Origin: Squalus acanthias
Lineage: Eukaryota
Direction of reading: 5' to 3'
Length of the DNA: 64,000 bases
Assembly (NCBI GenBank): GCA_030390025.1
Contig: CM059425.1
Coordinates: forward strand, 171,370,001 to 171,434,000
Under the pieces are notes generated by a model. That model was not told the origin of the DNA and ran no database searches. It saw only the letters and a list, made by a program, of their open reading frames with translations. Shown here in pieces: positions 50,001-63,952 of this stretch; position 1 is the stretch's first letter; each line of letters begins with the position of its first letter. The translations under genes and the position numbers were made by a program.

Positions 50001-50955
50001 AACAAAAGACGTCAACTGCATGTATATACTAAAAAAAAATCGTGTTTCTGTGTTACAAAAAGAATTTCATCTAAGTGTCGGAGCCTATTCACACTTTCTG
50101 TCTTTGGTTTTCAGTTTTCATTTCCACTACCACATGCTGGCTCTCCCTTTGGAAAGGATAGGTTTGTGGAGCAGTGAGGCAGACCAAAGCGCGAACAAAG
50201 CATTTGTGCGCTCTGACTTGACAAATCAAATAAAAGCTTAAAGTCGTTTCATGCAGTCACATTAAAAACACTGTCAATCTGATTCTGTTTCACTGCTCTC
50301 TCCTGGCGTTTATTACAGAGATTCTTACTGAAATGTACAAACACAGTCAAGTTCTTTTTCTTTCAGTGCCGATGAACATTGCAGCAATGTGCCCATATTG
50401 CTATTTTGGAATTTAGCGATGGCTTTGAATTTCCATCAAGGACTAAAAGCAAAAAAGTGACCTGCAACTTATGAACAAAATCTCAGATTTCCACAGGCTA
50501 CAGGGAAGGGATTAAAACGCAGATGTTTCCAACTAAGTGGGAGAGTTTCAGTGGCTCTGATGGAATAACTAATTGGAGGCAGTGCTTCACATTCAGTAAT
50601 GTTTGCCTTCAAGTAAAATAGTCAATTAATATCAAATCTAGAAGAGTAGAATCCAGCGAAATCCAGATGTCCCTCAGGTTATAATCTACGCCAGAAAATC
50701 TGCCCTCCAAGTCTAATGTGTTAAAAATTGATGTGATTTTATCAAGTTATTTTTCTACCCAGTGCTCAAAGTCATGGATGTTGGTGCAGCAAAATGGAAT
50801 ATTTACCATTTGAGGCATTCCCAAGTCAGTTTGATGGAGAGAGTAAAGAACTCATCAATCTTGCCCAGCCTCGGCAGAGCAGCCTCCATTGTACCAGTGT
50901 GTCATTTTTCCATTTCCCACACCGGCTATGCTGAGTGAGGGTGTTAATCTAGTGT

Positions 50956-51167
50956 AAAAACAGAAAATGCTGGAAATACTCAGCAGGTCAGGCAGCATCT
51001 GTGGAGAGAGAGAGAGAGAGTTAACGTTTCAGGTCGATGACCTTTCATCAGAGAAACGTTAACTCTGTTTCTCTCTCCATAGATGCTGCCTGACCTGCTG
51101 AGTATTTCCAGCATTTTCTGTTTTTATTTGAGATTTCCAGCATCTGCAGTATTTTGCTTTTGTATTC
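50956..51167. mobile_element. Palindromic Penelope-like terminal insertion (family P1)
   Basis: Inverted arms of ~75 bp (50956-51030, 51053-51125) plus a right extension; perfect 15-bp TSD gtgttaatctagtgt (50941-50955, 51168-51182). Confidence 0.8.
51018..51051 (-). ncRNA. Putative minimal hammerhead ribozyme core
   Basis: Minus strand CUGAUGA-a-agguc-auc-gaccu-GAAA-cgUU-aacuc: intact core, 5-bp stem II and palindromic ACGU stem III. The 5' arm of stem I appears lost at the inversion junction. Confidence 0.55.
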
Positions 51168-51931
51168 GTGTTAATCTAGTGTTGAATTAGAGTCAGTAAT
51201 ATGCTGTTGGCCCTTACCCGCTAGGAAATGGGTCAACTGTGCTAACTTACTGCGATACCCAGTCCCTGATTTGACTGTGCCATGAACACAAATACGTTAG
51301 GGAGTGAAAATCTTGCTGCTAATTTTACCTGAAAAGCCAGCGCGAGTACAAAATACTGCCTTGTACACGCTTTCTTTTCTGCTCCACATTGTTTCCAAAA
51401 CCAAAAAAGCAGATCAATAACCTATTGCCTATAATGCATTGTACATCAAAACACAGACAAAAGGTAAGTCCCCAGAGTTTCTTGTTGGTTGCTGAATTAC
51501 TAGAATAAAGAGAAACAGTGAATGCTAAACCTTCTGATATCGCTCTACCATGTCCTCATGCCCTCGTTCATCATTCCATTACTTTCCTGTCAAAAGTTTG
51601 CTCATATTCACCAGAATAGTTTTCCCATATTTCAACAGCTCAAATCTGACAAGTGTCAGTTCTTACTGCAGACAAACCAGCAAACATTTTAATTTGAAAC
51701 TCCATTTTTTCTCCTGCTGTTCAATCAGAGCTCAAAGTGAACTGAATTAATGATTTACAAACTCTTGATTGATAATGAGCAACATGAGAAAAGGCAGTGA
51801 CACATGCACCAAATCTGACATTCGTTGTCTTTAGATTGGAGTTTGGCATGAGCAGGAATTAGCTCCATTTGACACAGGGACGCTTCCTTCCTACATGAAG
51901 CAATTTAAAGATGGGCATGTCTTCTCAATAA

Positions 51932-52760
51932 AACTGTGGCAAATGGATTTCAATGTAGGCAAATGTGAGGTCATCCACTTTGGACCTAAAAAGGATAGAA
52001 CAGGGTACTTTCTAAATGGTGAAAAGCTAAAAACAGTGGAGGTCCAAAGAGACTTGGGGGTCCAGGTACATAGATCATTCAAATGTCATGAACAGGTACA
52101 GAAAATAATCAAAAAGGCTAATGGAATGCTGGCCTTTATATCTAGAGGACTAGAATACAAGGGGGTAGAAGTTATGCTGCAGCTATACAAAGCCCTGGTT
52201 AGACCACATCTGGCGTACTGTGAGCAGTTCTGGGCACCACACCGTAGGAAGGATATAATGGCCTTGGAGGGAGTGCAGCGTAGATTTATCAGAATGATAC
52301 CCGGATTCCAGGGGTTAAATTACGAGGAGATTTTACACAAATTAGGGTTGTATTCCGTAGAATTTAGAAGGTTAAGAGGTGACCTGATCGAAGTTTTCAA
52401 GATATTAAGGGAAACAGATAGGGTAGAGAGAGAGAGAGAGAGAAACTATTTCCACTGGTTGGGGATTCTAGGACTAGGGGGCATAGTCTAAAAATTAGAG
52501 CCAGACCTTTCAGGAGTGAAATTAGGAAACACTTCTACACACAAAGGGTGGTAGGAGTTTAGAACTCTCTTCTGCAAACAGCAATTGATGTTGGATCAAT
52601 TGTTAATTTTAAATCTGAGACTGATAGATTTTTGTTAACCAAAGGTATTAAGGGATATAGGGTAATGGCGGGTATATGGAGTTAGGTCGCAGATCAGCCA
52701 TGATCCCATTGAACGGCGGAACAGGCTCGAGGGGCTAAATGGCCTACTCCTATTTTCTTA
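51932..52760 (+). mobile_element. CR1 3' fragment
   Basis: [39 protein letters not shown] (51895..52491) plus 3' UTR; internal (GA)n expansion at ~52426-52443. Confidence 0.92.
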
Positions 52761-53229
52761 TCTCAGTAGATGCACACACTGCCAAGTAGGTGCCTGGTTC
52801 AATCCCTAGCAATGAATTATTCAATCCCAGACAGAGCAATAATGTTAAAACATCCCACTTCTGAACTCTAGCAGCAACTCCGGGAATTGTATTTGTGGAT
52901 GGTTATTGAGGATAAATCTGGTGTGGATGTGACCCTGCCAGAGCCTAATAGCCCATTGATGCTTACTGACCAGGAGAGGAGTAGTAAGGGGAAATGATCT
53001 GCAGGAAAATTGGAAGAAAAATTTGCACTTCTGTATTTAATACTCAGCTGAATTAAAGCTCTCATCAAGTGATGAAATATAGGAGGTGGTAGAAAAAAAT
53101 ACACTGCATGCCCAGTTACAACTCCCTCAAATCTATAAAACAACACTGATATAGGTTAAAAACTCTTTGGAAATCCACAGCTATCAATTGGGTCATTCAA
53201 CAAGTAGAAAATCAGTGTACGTAGAACTG

Positions 53230-53470
53230 GAGGCACTGTAGTGGATTTCACTGTGCCAAGAGGCCAAGGACAAATAAAATCAGCAAGGATAGCCACTCCT
53301 GATTGTTATTCAATGATTAATGCTGGAAACTGCATTGAGTTAGACATCAAGTGAGTACAAGATCGGTTTGACTGTGAAGCTTCCTATAGTCAAACAGTCT
53401 CACAAACTCACTATCCAGGCTGAAACAAGAAATGGCCACACAAGTGAGGTATCCAAAGGTGTTGTGTACC
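53230..53470 (+). mobile_element. Old SINE relic (AmnSINE2-like, central/3' part)
   Basis: aaaatcagcaagg..ctcctgattgttattcaatga..gctggaaa..gtgagtacaagatcgg..ctcactatccaggct..aagaaatggccac..gaggta. Confidence 0.45.
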
Positions 53471-54824
53471 AACGTGAATCACTCCTTTCAGAAATTGAGA
53501 GCCAAAATTGGAAGAAGGCAGGACAATAATACGTTTTCTTTGTTGAAAGCAGAGTTTTAAAATATTTCAAGGACTTGACAACAGCAGCAAACTTGAAAAT
53601 GTCTATCCATTTTAGAGATTCACTATGTATCAATGCTTTTCATCTTTCCTATTATACTTTCTCACAATATCAGCAAAGTATATTGTGCATATTTGACCTA
53701 TAACCTACAAGTCAGGGCATTTTTGGTATTCTGTGTTTAGTCCACCCTTTACAGAGTGAAAGAAATAAAAGTATAAATAGAGAACTCATCAAACTGAGAA
53801 TTCTAGTTGCTCTGAGACTCAAGGACACACAGCGCCATGCACAGCCAAATAGGGTTAATTTCTGTTTCTTTAATGCAAATAATACATGTAGCGCCTGCAG
53901 ACAAATATCAAAAGTAGGTTACGCAACCAACTTATATTAATGGAAGTACTGCTGTCCCAAACCAAATAATAATCATTTAAAACATAGGCAAGGATAATTT
54001 TGCCATATATACAAATAAATAGTTTTTAAATATTAATTCTTCAAGCAAATTACTGTTTAGCTTAGGCTAGATTTTTGATGCAACTGGCTTTAAAATGGCA
54101 CTCTTATGAACCACACCACTGCATCATTTTTAAATTCTCCAGCTCAAAATGAAAAATTAAATCAACTTATTATCTGTTTAGCTTGCACATAAACCCCAAA
54201 GGGTTTAGATTTTAAAATACTGCACCTAAAGTGCTCTCTTTCTTCACTGGAGAGTGATTATGACAACAGCTTAGAATAGTTCAAGCTAGTGTTTGATCCA
54301 AGAGAAATGTAAATAAAAAGAAAGGCTCTTCTCGATAGTGACGGAACGATCCAAGCACCCAGCTGCCATTTTTCATATGATACAATTTTTGAACAGAAGA
54401 GTGTAGTTGTCAGACAGAAGCCTTTACATCAAGATTACAATTTTTAAACTCTTCACCTAACATTATTGAAAAAGGCTGCACTTGAGTCCCAGTCCTCTGG
54501 CCACTGCTAGTGTCCGAGAGTGCAATCTTGGGATCATACAAAGTAGGAGCACAGAAATTCCTAATGATGAAGGATTTATACTATTTTTTCTATCCTTCTA
54601 CTGAGTCCATGGACAGGAGAGCAGGATGATCCAATTTGCAGACATTGCTAAGGACTCTGTCAATGCCACTCCTTGATTAGTCCACCATACTGAGTAATGT
54701 AGGAAGAACTTGTAAACCATTTTCATTCTGTCTCCCAGTGACCTTACCCCCTTACCTCACCTTGCTCCACAACTTTCACTTGAGACTGAATCAAACCAAT
54801 CTCCTAATTGGGAGTCCCGGCCAA

Positions 54825-55030
54825 CAGTTCTCCCTCAACCAACAATAGCAAAAACAAACCAATTGGTCATTCATTTCATTTGTGGGACCTTTCTTGCTGT
54901 GCACAAACTAGCTGCTGTGTTTTCTTGTGTAACAACTGTGAATGCCCTTCAAAAATAATTAATTGGTTGTGAATTACAGTACTTTGTGACATCCTGAGTT
55001 TGTGATAAACAGCTCCAAAAATCTAAGTTG
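54825..55030 (+). mobile_element. Degenerate DeuSINE 3' half
   Basis: ggccaaca..ccctcaaccaaca..ggtcatt..tttgtgggacc..cttgctgtgcacaaactagctgctgtgttt; matches 38790-38960. Confidence 0.55.
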
Positions 55031-56799
55031 TTTCACCAAGTGTTTGTTTAATCAATACTCAGAGAAACTGAAGAGACACACATGAAAAACATGAATACGC
55101 TGTCCTGATTACAAGGGAATGCAATTGTTCTATCCCTGGTTTACTCTCTCATACAAGTAGATATAGGGCAGTGAGAGTCATTTCCCATAAAAGTAAGGCA
55201 CTCAGATGGCTTAGGGGAGTAACTGACACTGCTGAACTCAAGAAGGTATTTGTGACAGACTCACATTTCTAACACCCAAGCTTTAGGGAGGTAGTAAAAG
55301 ATACAAAAGACAATTCCATAGATAAAATTGATAGTATTATTGTGAAGTGTAATTTTAAAAAATTTGTTATTGCTCAACCTCCATTTTAGAGATTAGAAAT
55401 TTCAGTTACTGAGAACAAATGATGGATAAAAAACATTTCAGAATGCATTTTGGGTGATATGTGAGAATCTGGTTGGGCAGATTGTCCAATCACAGGGTGT
55501 CAGACTCTCATTATAAAATAGCAGCCTTTGTACGTCAAACAGTGTGACAACTTTAACATTGAAAATACCTATCACAGCACCACCTACTGGAGTAACAGGT
55601 ACTGTAGGTAATTCTAATGAGTTTGCAATGAATCTCATGCCCCACATACCATATTTAATATGTTGAAGATTGTTCATCTTTCTGCCTCTGAGCTTCCCAC
55701 ACTGAATCTGGGAAGACACTTGTTAGAACATTTGCTGGTTAATTTCAGAAACTTACTCTACTCTCCATAATAATAAGAATTTTCACTGTAACAAGAGTCA
55801 CCTCTTCCATTGTCTCAGTTAATGTATCAACACTACAGGGAACATAAGTTCATTTACTGAAGCTCTGTTACAACACCATCTAGCAAGCTCAGCCATTTCT
55901 CAGTCAATAGGACAAATTACAAATACTAACCTAACAGTAATCTCTTACTACAATCAAAACATCAGCAAAGTGAACAAGTATGGCAAACACCTACTTCTTC
56001 CATTTATGGACCTTTTCATTGTTTTCTGCAGCACGCTGTAAGCTTGCACAGCCTTTTACTCATAGTCTGCTAAATTCCTCACAAACCCGTTATATCCTTT
56101 CACTCAACTCCCTCTTTGGCACTGGTAGGCAGCTCTTAGACCTTTCCTCAGGGTTTCTTCAGTTACTTTTTGAGCGAATGGCCAGCTTATTTGGTCCATG
56201 TTTGTGGGACTTGCGCGGTGCTCCATCAGTTTATGCATTTCCCTCTGGCCACACTCTGATCAAACTTCAGAGCCAAGCTTTCCCAGGATCCACCATAGCC
56301 CCTGCACTCTCACCAGCAAATCCATGTGACCAATGAAACAGTTTCTGGGGTCCCGCCACTAGCCATGGATTCTTCATCACTTGCCGTTTACAAGTTTGAC
56401 TTGCTAGAAACTCAATAGATTGATTTAAAGCCAGTGGGACATCAAAACTTCCCCAAGTTTGGAGACCCCAACTTAGTCCAGGGAATGAGGGTCTGTCTGA
56501 GCCCAGGGACGATAACATTCTCCCAGTTGTGGGGCTGTCAGTCAGGAAGATAGAGTCTGAGAGAAAGAAGTTATAACAGTGGCTGTTCAATATAAAAGGG
56601 GCAGATTTGGGATTAAGTATTTTTGGAGAAACTTAAACACACAAGGTGTGGTTACTGTGGAAGAGTGAGACAGAAGGAAATGAGTCCAAATACCAAATGG
56701 GAAATCTTAGAACCATGAATTTGAATCCCTGAAACAGTCCTTTTAAAAAAAGTTGGAAGATGATCTGTCCTCTGGCTCGTTTTAATTTCGCCCCTTATG

Positions 56800-56925
56800 G
56801 AGAGGTCCAGTGTCCATCCCCAGTTTGCCTGGATTTAGCCGATTGCGGCTGGGACAGCTTTAGGGATGCTACAATTGGCTTCAATATCCCTAGGCTGAAG
56901 GGAAAAATGTACCAGGGAGTAACTA
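56800..56925 (+). mobile_element. Old SINE relic (AmnSINE2-like)
   Basis: agggatgctacaattggcttcaatatccctaggctgaagggaaaaatgtaccaggg. Confidence 0.45.
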
Positions 56926-57127
56926 ATGGACCCGACAATGCCTTGTAGCTGGATTAACCACAGTACAGATACAATTAGTATAGTTATCAACCTCTGACTT
57001 TTTGAGCATGTATTCAGTGTTTTCATGGCACTGTTCATGTGACTTGTGCAGTGCTCCAAATGTTTGCACATTTCCAGACTTTTAACATCACCCCACAATA
57101 CTTTCCAAGTTATCTTTTCTGCCCATG

Positions 57128-57736
57128 CATAAGAACATAAGAAATAGGAGCAGCAGTAGGCCATTCGACCCTTCGAGCTTGCTCCACCATTCAATGAGAT
57201 CATGGCTGATCTTCTGCCTCAACTCCATTCACCGGCCCTATCGCCATATCCCTTGACTAGTCAGAAATCTATCGACTTCTGTTTTGAATATACCCAATGA
57301 CTGAGCCTTCACAACCCTCTGGGGTAGAGAATTCCAAAGATTCACCACCCGCTGTGTGAAGACATTTCTTCTCATCTCAGTCCTGTGTGGCCTACCCTTT
57401 ATCCTGAGGCTGTGGCCCCTGGTTCTAGACTCCCCAGCCAAGGGAAACATTCTCCCAGCATCCACCCTATCAAGCCCTGTAATAATTTTGTATACTTCAA
57501 TGAGATCCCCTCTCATTCTTCTGAATTCAAGAGAATACAGGCCTAGTTTACTCAATCTCTTCTCATACGACAGTCCCGCCATCCCAGGAATCAATCTCGT
57601 GAACCTTCGTTGCACTCCCTCTATGGCAAGTATATCCTTCCTTAGGTAAGGAGACCAAAATTGTACACAGTACTCCAGGTGTGGTCTCACCAAGGCCCTA
57701 TATAATTGGAGTAAGACTTCTTTACTCCTGTACTCA
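57128..57736 (-). mobile_element. CR1 3' fragment with uninterrupted ORF2 C-terminus
   Basis: ORF 57238..57741 [29 protein letters not shown]..; 3' UTR and aagaacat tail. Confidence 0.93.
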
Positions 57737-60700
57737 TGCACAGAAGAGGCAAGTCAGAAATATGAACAGGTGCTGCCATTGGACTTAATAATCTCTCAGT
57801 GTCTTTGAAAAGCAAAGTATTTATGGGAAAAGGGGAAAATCTATAATGGCAATAAAGAAATAACAATCTTTGAAGTACCAGAGCTTGCAAATACATCTGT
57901 ATTAGATCATCTGTCGCATTAAAGGTTGATAAGACCACTGAAGTACATCACTGCACTAAAGAATATGTATATTGAATGGTAAAAGAAGTTACTTGTTCAT
58001 GTCCTCAAACAGCTAAGTTTTTCTGTTAAGAGATGTATGCACATGTATTATGCAGCATTTTAGTTGTCCCTATTAAGATAATCTTCTCTATGTTAAGGCT
58101 GATGTGATTTGCTCCACATTTTTCTCCAAGCAAAAACAGGATGTACTTGGAGCACATAATGCTTTGACATGTTCTCTCGTTCGTGCATTCAGAGACGTAG
58201 ATATACTACAGTGCAAAGCCATAGGACAAAGGTGAATGCAGGAATGGAAAATACACTGCAGCAAAAACAATCTACATTAAAAATGGAATTGTATCGATGC
58301 AAAGTGCATTTGCATTATAGCGGCAATGTGAAAATATCATCCAAGTTACATGTGATCCTGGCCAGGCAGTTAAGTGAAAGCATTAAGCACTGGTAAAGAA
58401 TATGTGGGAAAACATCAGCAGAGGACTCATCCTAATTTGGTTTTACGCCTCTCCTCTGACATCATTTTGTAATGGCTACATGCCAGCCAATCCATATGAG
58501 TGAAATGTCATTTTGACTTGTAATTAAAGTGCCTGTAAAGATAATACTGGTAGGTATAGCTCATCCAGCTATAGCACTTGCATACATGCAGGTCTTCAGT
58601 ATTATACTCACCAATTATAACCTTCTGATGGTGCAAAAGAGTTAATTCGTAACAACTATTTGTATTTTAGTAGCTTTTATATAATTTTAATAATTCCAGA
58701 ATAAATTCTTTTTGGCTTCAAATTCTGAAACAGAGTATGCTTCAAAATGCAGGAAGATGCATCAAAAATATTAATGATCAAAATTGCCTGGCGGGGGTCG
58801 CCTGGGAAATAAATGCTGTACCATCAGAGCTCACTATTACCCCCTCAAACCCCGCCACTGCAAAAATGCACTTCTGTGCACTTCAATTTTTCACCCTATA
58901 GAACCGATGGAATATTGGGTATAGCTGCAGCTTAAGTCATGACAAGTCTATAGCCTACTCCACTCCCATTGTAATTACTTCTTTCTGTATGTCATACGTG
59001 ATAACATTAGATTTCAGTTTTCACAGAAAAACATACTGAATCATGGACTGTGATCCAAAACACGAATAAAAACCCTGAAATCCAATGTAACGAAAAGGAA
59101 TTTAACTTATTCAGATGCTTTCAAGTAGTAGCTTTGGTCATAGGCATTTATTCAGGGCCATGTTTCAGCTGAATACCCTTTGCAGAGATGCCAGTTTTTT
59201 TTTAGGGATTTGTCACTTTTTTTTTTAAGCTGTTCGTCAGCATGTAAGGGCTTACAGGAGTCTCCTGCATCTGAGGATGATAATGTTCCAGTGTTTGCTG
59301 GAGCCAGATGGTCAACATTCTTTTGGGCAGACAGGACATCAATGAGAAACCACTCAGCTTCTCTAGTTTGTCTTCCTCCGTTTGAATGATTCTGAGAGAG
59401 CATTGCTGTAAATGCCTGGGACAAGATATGTTCTGTACAGTGTAACTACAGTGACCATCAAAAGTAATAAATAATCCAGAGTAATGGAATACACAGGTCA
59501 ACCTTCTTGCTTATTTGAAGATATGATTTGTGAACAGCTGTGTATGATCCAGGACGCTACTCAGTCGTGCTAGTATTAGCAGTATCTTTGATGGATCCTG
59601 GACAGGAACATCCACTTGGTCACTGACTGACCTGCTTTTTCAGGTGTTGTCGAGGAGAAAAAATGATTACTAGTCCAGTTAGAGACATCCCCCAGGTCTA
59701 AGATTGTGGAACAGCTCAGGGATACTTTCCTGCCGGCAACAAAGGAAAGTGTTGCACCACAGTAGGAGGGTTGTTTTGTGAATAAAGTTAAAATGGAGAT
59801 CAACCTTAAAAAAAAAGGTTTGTTGAATTTCAAGCTTACCCAGGAGCAACATTCTTTAAACTGATGTTGAATTATTATTGAGAAATTCAGCTTGTAAATA
59901 TAGATTTTTTTTTAATGACATGAGGACATCAATGGGGTCAGCTTTTTATACTGGAAATCTAGCTGATCTGCCTCATTTAAAACAGAAATTATTACTTAGA
60001 AACTGTAGTAGCATAGCCACAGAATAAATGGGATAGCCACCAATGGCTATCAAACAAATGCAATGTGATAGACACAGACACAATTTCTCCACAACACAAT
60101 TCAAAAGATCTGAAAGAGCACTGTGAGTAAGTTTTTGAAAAAGTGGTTCTGTTACCCTTTATTATTCACCAATATTAAACAGTAGGAATTTAAAAAATGG
60201 ATCCTTGCAGAATGTCATGTTTTACATGTGTATTTTTGCATCAAGCCCTTAAATGTTCTACTTTTTAACCAGACATTGATGGAGGTGTACAAGTTGTAAA
60301 TCCCTTATTCTGTATATTTTCGCAGGTAGCAAATGGTAATAATAAAGTGCTCTGAAGTTAAAGGCAATGATGCGAATGGTTGGCAAAAGCATTTTCAGCA
60401 ACGTCCACTGTGACAAAAGCATACTTTTTTTTGTCTCTGCTGAATTTTTTATCTTATATTTTGTATTGCTAGTAAGGGATTAAAACAGGATCACACAGGG
60501 TATTTCTCAAAGGAAAACACATCAGTTCCAGATTAGCTGAATGTTGTGTTCTTTATAAGAGCTAATTAATAAGACTAAGGACAACAGTAAATTCAGGCTG
60601 ATAATTGGCCAGAGAAGTTACATTTAATGACAAGCATTTTAGGCCATTGTCAGGCTTTATTAAATATTGATGAATAATTATTTGTTCTAATTTATTTATG

Positions 60701-62604
60701 AAATAGGAGGTTGTTTATTGCTTTGTTCCAGGTTAGGCCCCAGCCTGTGGCAGTAATTTTGACTGACAATTGTTTCTGAGACCTTTTAAGATGAGGGAAA
60801 GGCCTTTGATTGGCTGCAGCCCTCTGTGATGGACAGCTTGGTGGGGCAGAGACATCTCCTTAGGGAATGATAATCGCAATGCAGAACCAGTTGCAATGAA
60901 TCTTCAGTAAGCAGTCAGTGAATGAATCTCGCAGCCAAAAGCTGGTGGACTGTCTGTGTTTTAAAAAGTGATTGGCAACTTACTCAAGGGAGCTAGGTTA
61001 GTGTAGTTAATGCAAGCAGTTTAGAGAAAAAGTGATTTGCATCTTTGTTGTTCTATATATGGATGAATGTGAGTTAAACTGTGCACTATTCATTCATCTA
61101 CCTTATGGAAATAAAACCACTGCTAGTCCAAAGTCTGTGTCTCAATCTGCTAAGAGCATATATCCAGTCTGCTTTCAGCGAGGCAGGAGAATTTATGTGG
61201 TATATTCCAGTAGCTGGAGGACAGAGTAAGGATTCTCCATTCTGATCCCTGGGTCTCACTATTGTTACCTAGATATTGGGAGGAAAAGTGCACTCTGGAT
61301 TGTAGGGGGCGCAACATCAACTTTTGGGATTGGCCTTAAAGCTATACCCAAGAAAGTATCGAGCATAATAACCCAAAAGTGTGACAACCACTTAGCTTTG
61401 TTAACATGTTTCAAAACTGTGGCTTTTAAGCTGGGCTTGTATTTCTTGAATTCCTCACTCGAGTTGCTCTCTTAAAGATCTTTAATACAGTTAACGCTGT
61501 GATGAACCTGAACTTTAAGGGCTGCTGTTTTTTTTTTCATAGTGACGCGAAAGTGTCTATTTCCATTTGTCCAAAACAGAGCTCACGATAAATCAAATGA
61601 ACAGGTCAGTTGGAAAAGCAGTTAGAAAGATTATGAGGAAGCCACAAGAAGTCAGTAATGCCTTTGTCCTTTTCTAAATTTAGTAAGTGGAGTTTAAGAA
61701 ACAAATCCATCATTTGTAAAGGTGAGGAGAACTGTGGGCCAAAACTCTATCATAAACGATTTCAATGCTGAGGGCGACTTACCAGGGATCAGTGTTTGGA
61801 ACAGCATATGAATACAGCTCACAGAATGGATATGCAGCTGACGTATTTGACATGGCTCCTTTATACTAAACTGCTGGCAGTGATAAATATAAACACCAGT
61901 GACATTTGGTGACCATTTATGATCTGGCCACTGGCCATTTTTCTAAGAGATTTTGTTTTCAGTGAGCTCCCTGCTAAAGTCCCAGTAGGCTTGCTCCTTT
62001 GTTTTTTAATGCTTTGAGCCCTGTGTTAAAGGGCACTGACACTGCTAATGTGGAACTTCTTCAACAATCGCTCAAACATGCATGCATTTTAAAAATAGGC
62101 ACACACCCTCAAGCAGCTGATTTTTAAAATATTTTTAAGGATTCTCTCCTGGCGCTTCCTAGTAATTAATATGGTAACATTTACAATTCAACCTAAAAAC
62201 AGAACGCTGCTACTACTGTTCCACAATGAAACTCCTTGTACCATTGTGAGAATCATCAGTGGGGGGGGAAAGATATGACAGAATTCTTACAAAGATTTCA
62301 AACTCTGTAGTCCTTACAATGGATGCTCTCTGTAGTGCCGCAGACATATTCTCCTACAGATTAGGTCATCTTGATACAGCCACAAACGTTGAAATCAGTC
62401 TCACTTGCAGCAGTGAACTGAAACAATTTTGCACTCAAAAAGTGTCTCCCTTGTGGTAACCCAGTGATGATAACATTGTTCACTTGTATCTCATAATAGT
62501 CTCATCACAGTTTTTTCAAAGGGTTCAGCCTTGTCTCAGTCAGATTTCCATTGCAAGAATATTTACACTCCAGTGCTGGTTGCTTTGTAAAGTTACAACA
62601 GTCG

Positions 62605-62829
62605 CCTAGGTCCTAAGCTCTGCAATTCCCTCCCTATATCTTTCCACCTCTCTTTCCTCCTTTAAGACGCTCCTTAAAACCTAGCTTTTTGACCAAGCTT
62701 TTGGTCATCTACCCAAACATCATCTCATATGGCTCGGTGTCAAATTTATTTTTTTGGTAAGCCTCTTGTGAAGCAACTTGGGACGTTTTACTACCTTAAA
62801 GGCATTATAAAATATAAGTTGTTGTTGTT
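62605..62829 (+). mobile_element. L2 LINE 3' end
   Basis: cctaagctctgcaattccctccct..cctttaagacgctccttaaaacc..tttgaccaagcttttgg..aagttgttgttg; reverse complement of 36725-36940. Confidence 0.8.
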
Positions 62830-62854
62830 TATAAATTATAGTCAGTTAATAAAT

Positions 62855-63600
62855 ATAGAATCATACAGCTCAGAGGAGGCCATTTGGCTCATCGTGCCAG
62901 TGTCGGCTCTTTGAAAGAGCTATCCAATTCGTCCCACTTCCTTGCTCTTTCTCCATAGCCTTGCAATTACTTTTCCCCTTCAAGCATCTATCCAATTCCC
63001 TTTTGAAAGTTATTATTGAATCTGCTTCCACTACCCTTTCAGGCAGCGCATTCCAGATCATAACTCGCTGCGTAAAAAAATTCTCCTCATCTCCCCTCCG
63101 TCCTCTGGTTACCGGCCCTCCTGCCAGTGGAAACAGTTTCTCCTTATTTACTCTATCAAAACGCCTCATAATTTTGAACACCTCTATTAAATTTCTCCTT
63201 AACCTTCTCTGCTCGAAGGAAAACAATCCCAGCTTCTCTAGTCTCTCCACATAACTGATGTCCCTCATCCCTGGTATCATTCTAGTAAATCTTTTCTGCA
63301 CCCTCTCCAAGGCCGAGACATCCTTCCTAAAGTGTGATGCCCAGGATTGAAAACAATACTCCAGCTGAGGCCTAACCAGTGTTTTATAAAGGTTTAGCAT
63401 AACTTCCTTGCTTTTGTACTCGATACCCCTATTTATAAAGCCAATGATCCCATCTGCTTTTTTAACAGCCTTACTTGTCCTGCTACCTTCAAAGATTTGT
63501 CTACGTACACCCCCAGGTCTCTCTGTTCCTGCACCCCCTTTAAATTTGTACCATTTAGTTTATATTGTATCTCCTCATTGTTCCTTCCAAAATGCATATA
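62855..63600 (-). mobile_element. CR1 3' fragment
   Basis: ORF 62870..63400 [27 protein letters not shown]; atagaatcata tail; same subfamily as 8460-9900. Confidence 0.92.
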
Positions 63601-63904
63601 CCTCAGTTTCTTAAGTACAAAAATCAGCCAAGAGTTTTGAACTTTGTGCCACTTGTGCGGATATAAACTCCTTGAGACCAGTGGGGTCAGCACTGGAGGC
63701 CCTGGCATTCAGGCAGTTACACTGCAGATTTTCAGACTCATTATACACTTGGTGCCAAAAAGCTACTGCAGTCCTCAAAATCAGAAATTCTCTCGAGTAT
63801 ATGCAAGCTTTTGGAGTCACAGTTTTATTCATCAGGAGATCAGAGTGACCTTCTGAGGTTCTGATTGCTAGTGGATGTTTTATGAAAAAACATGTTAGTA
63901 GTAA

Positions 63905-63952
63905 GGTATGGTAGCCTCGTGGTTATGGTACTGGACCAGCAACTCAGAGGTC
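63905..63952 (+). mobile_element. Truncated SINE head (same family as 3625)
   Basis: ggtagcctcgtggttatggtactggaccagcaactcagagg resembles 3628-3670. Confidence 0.45.

Noticed and set aside
59644..59764. Acceptor-like site and short + strand frame (CCRGEKMITSPVRD..)
   Set aside because: The peptide is unrecognised, there is no convincing donor, and it conflicts in strand with the neighbouring candidate exon.
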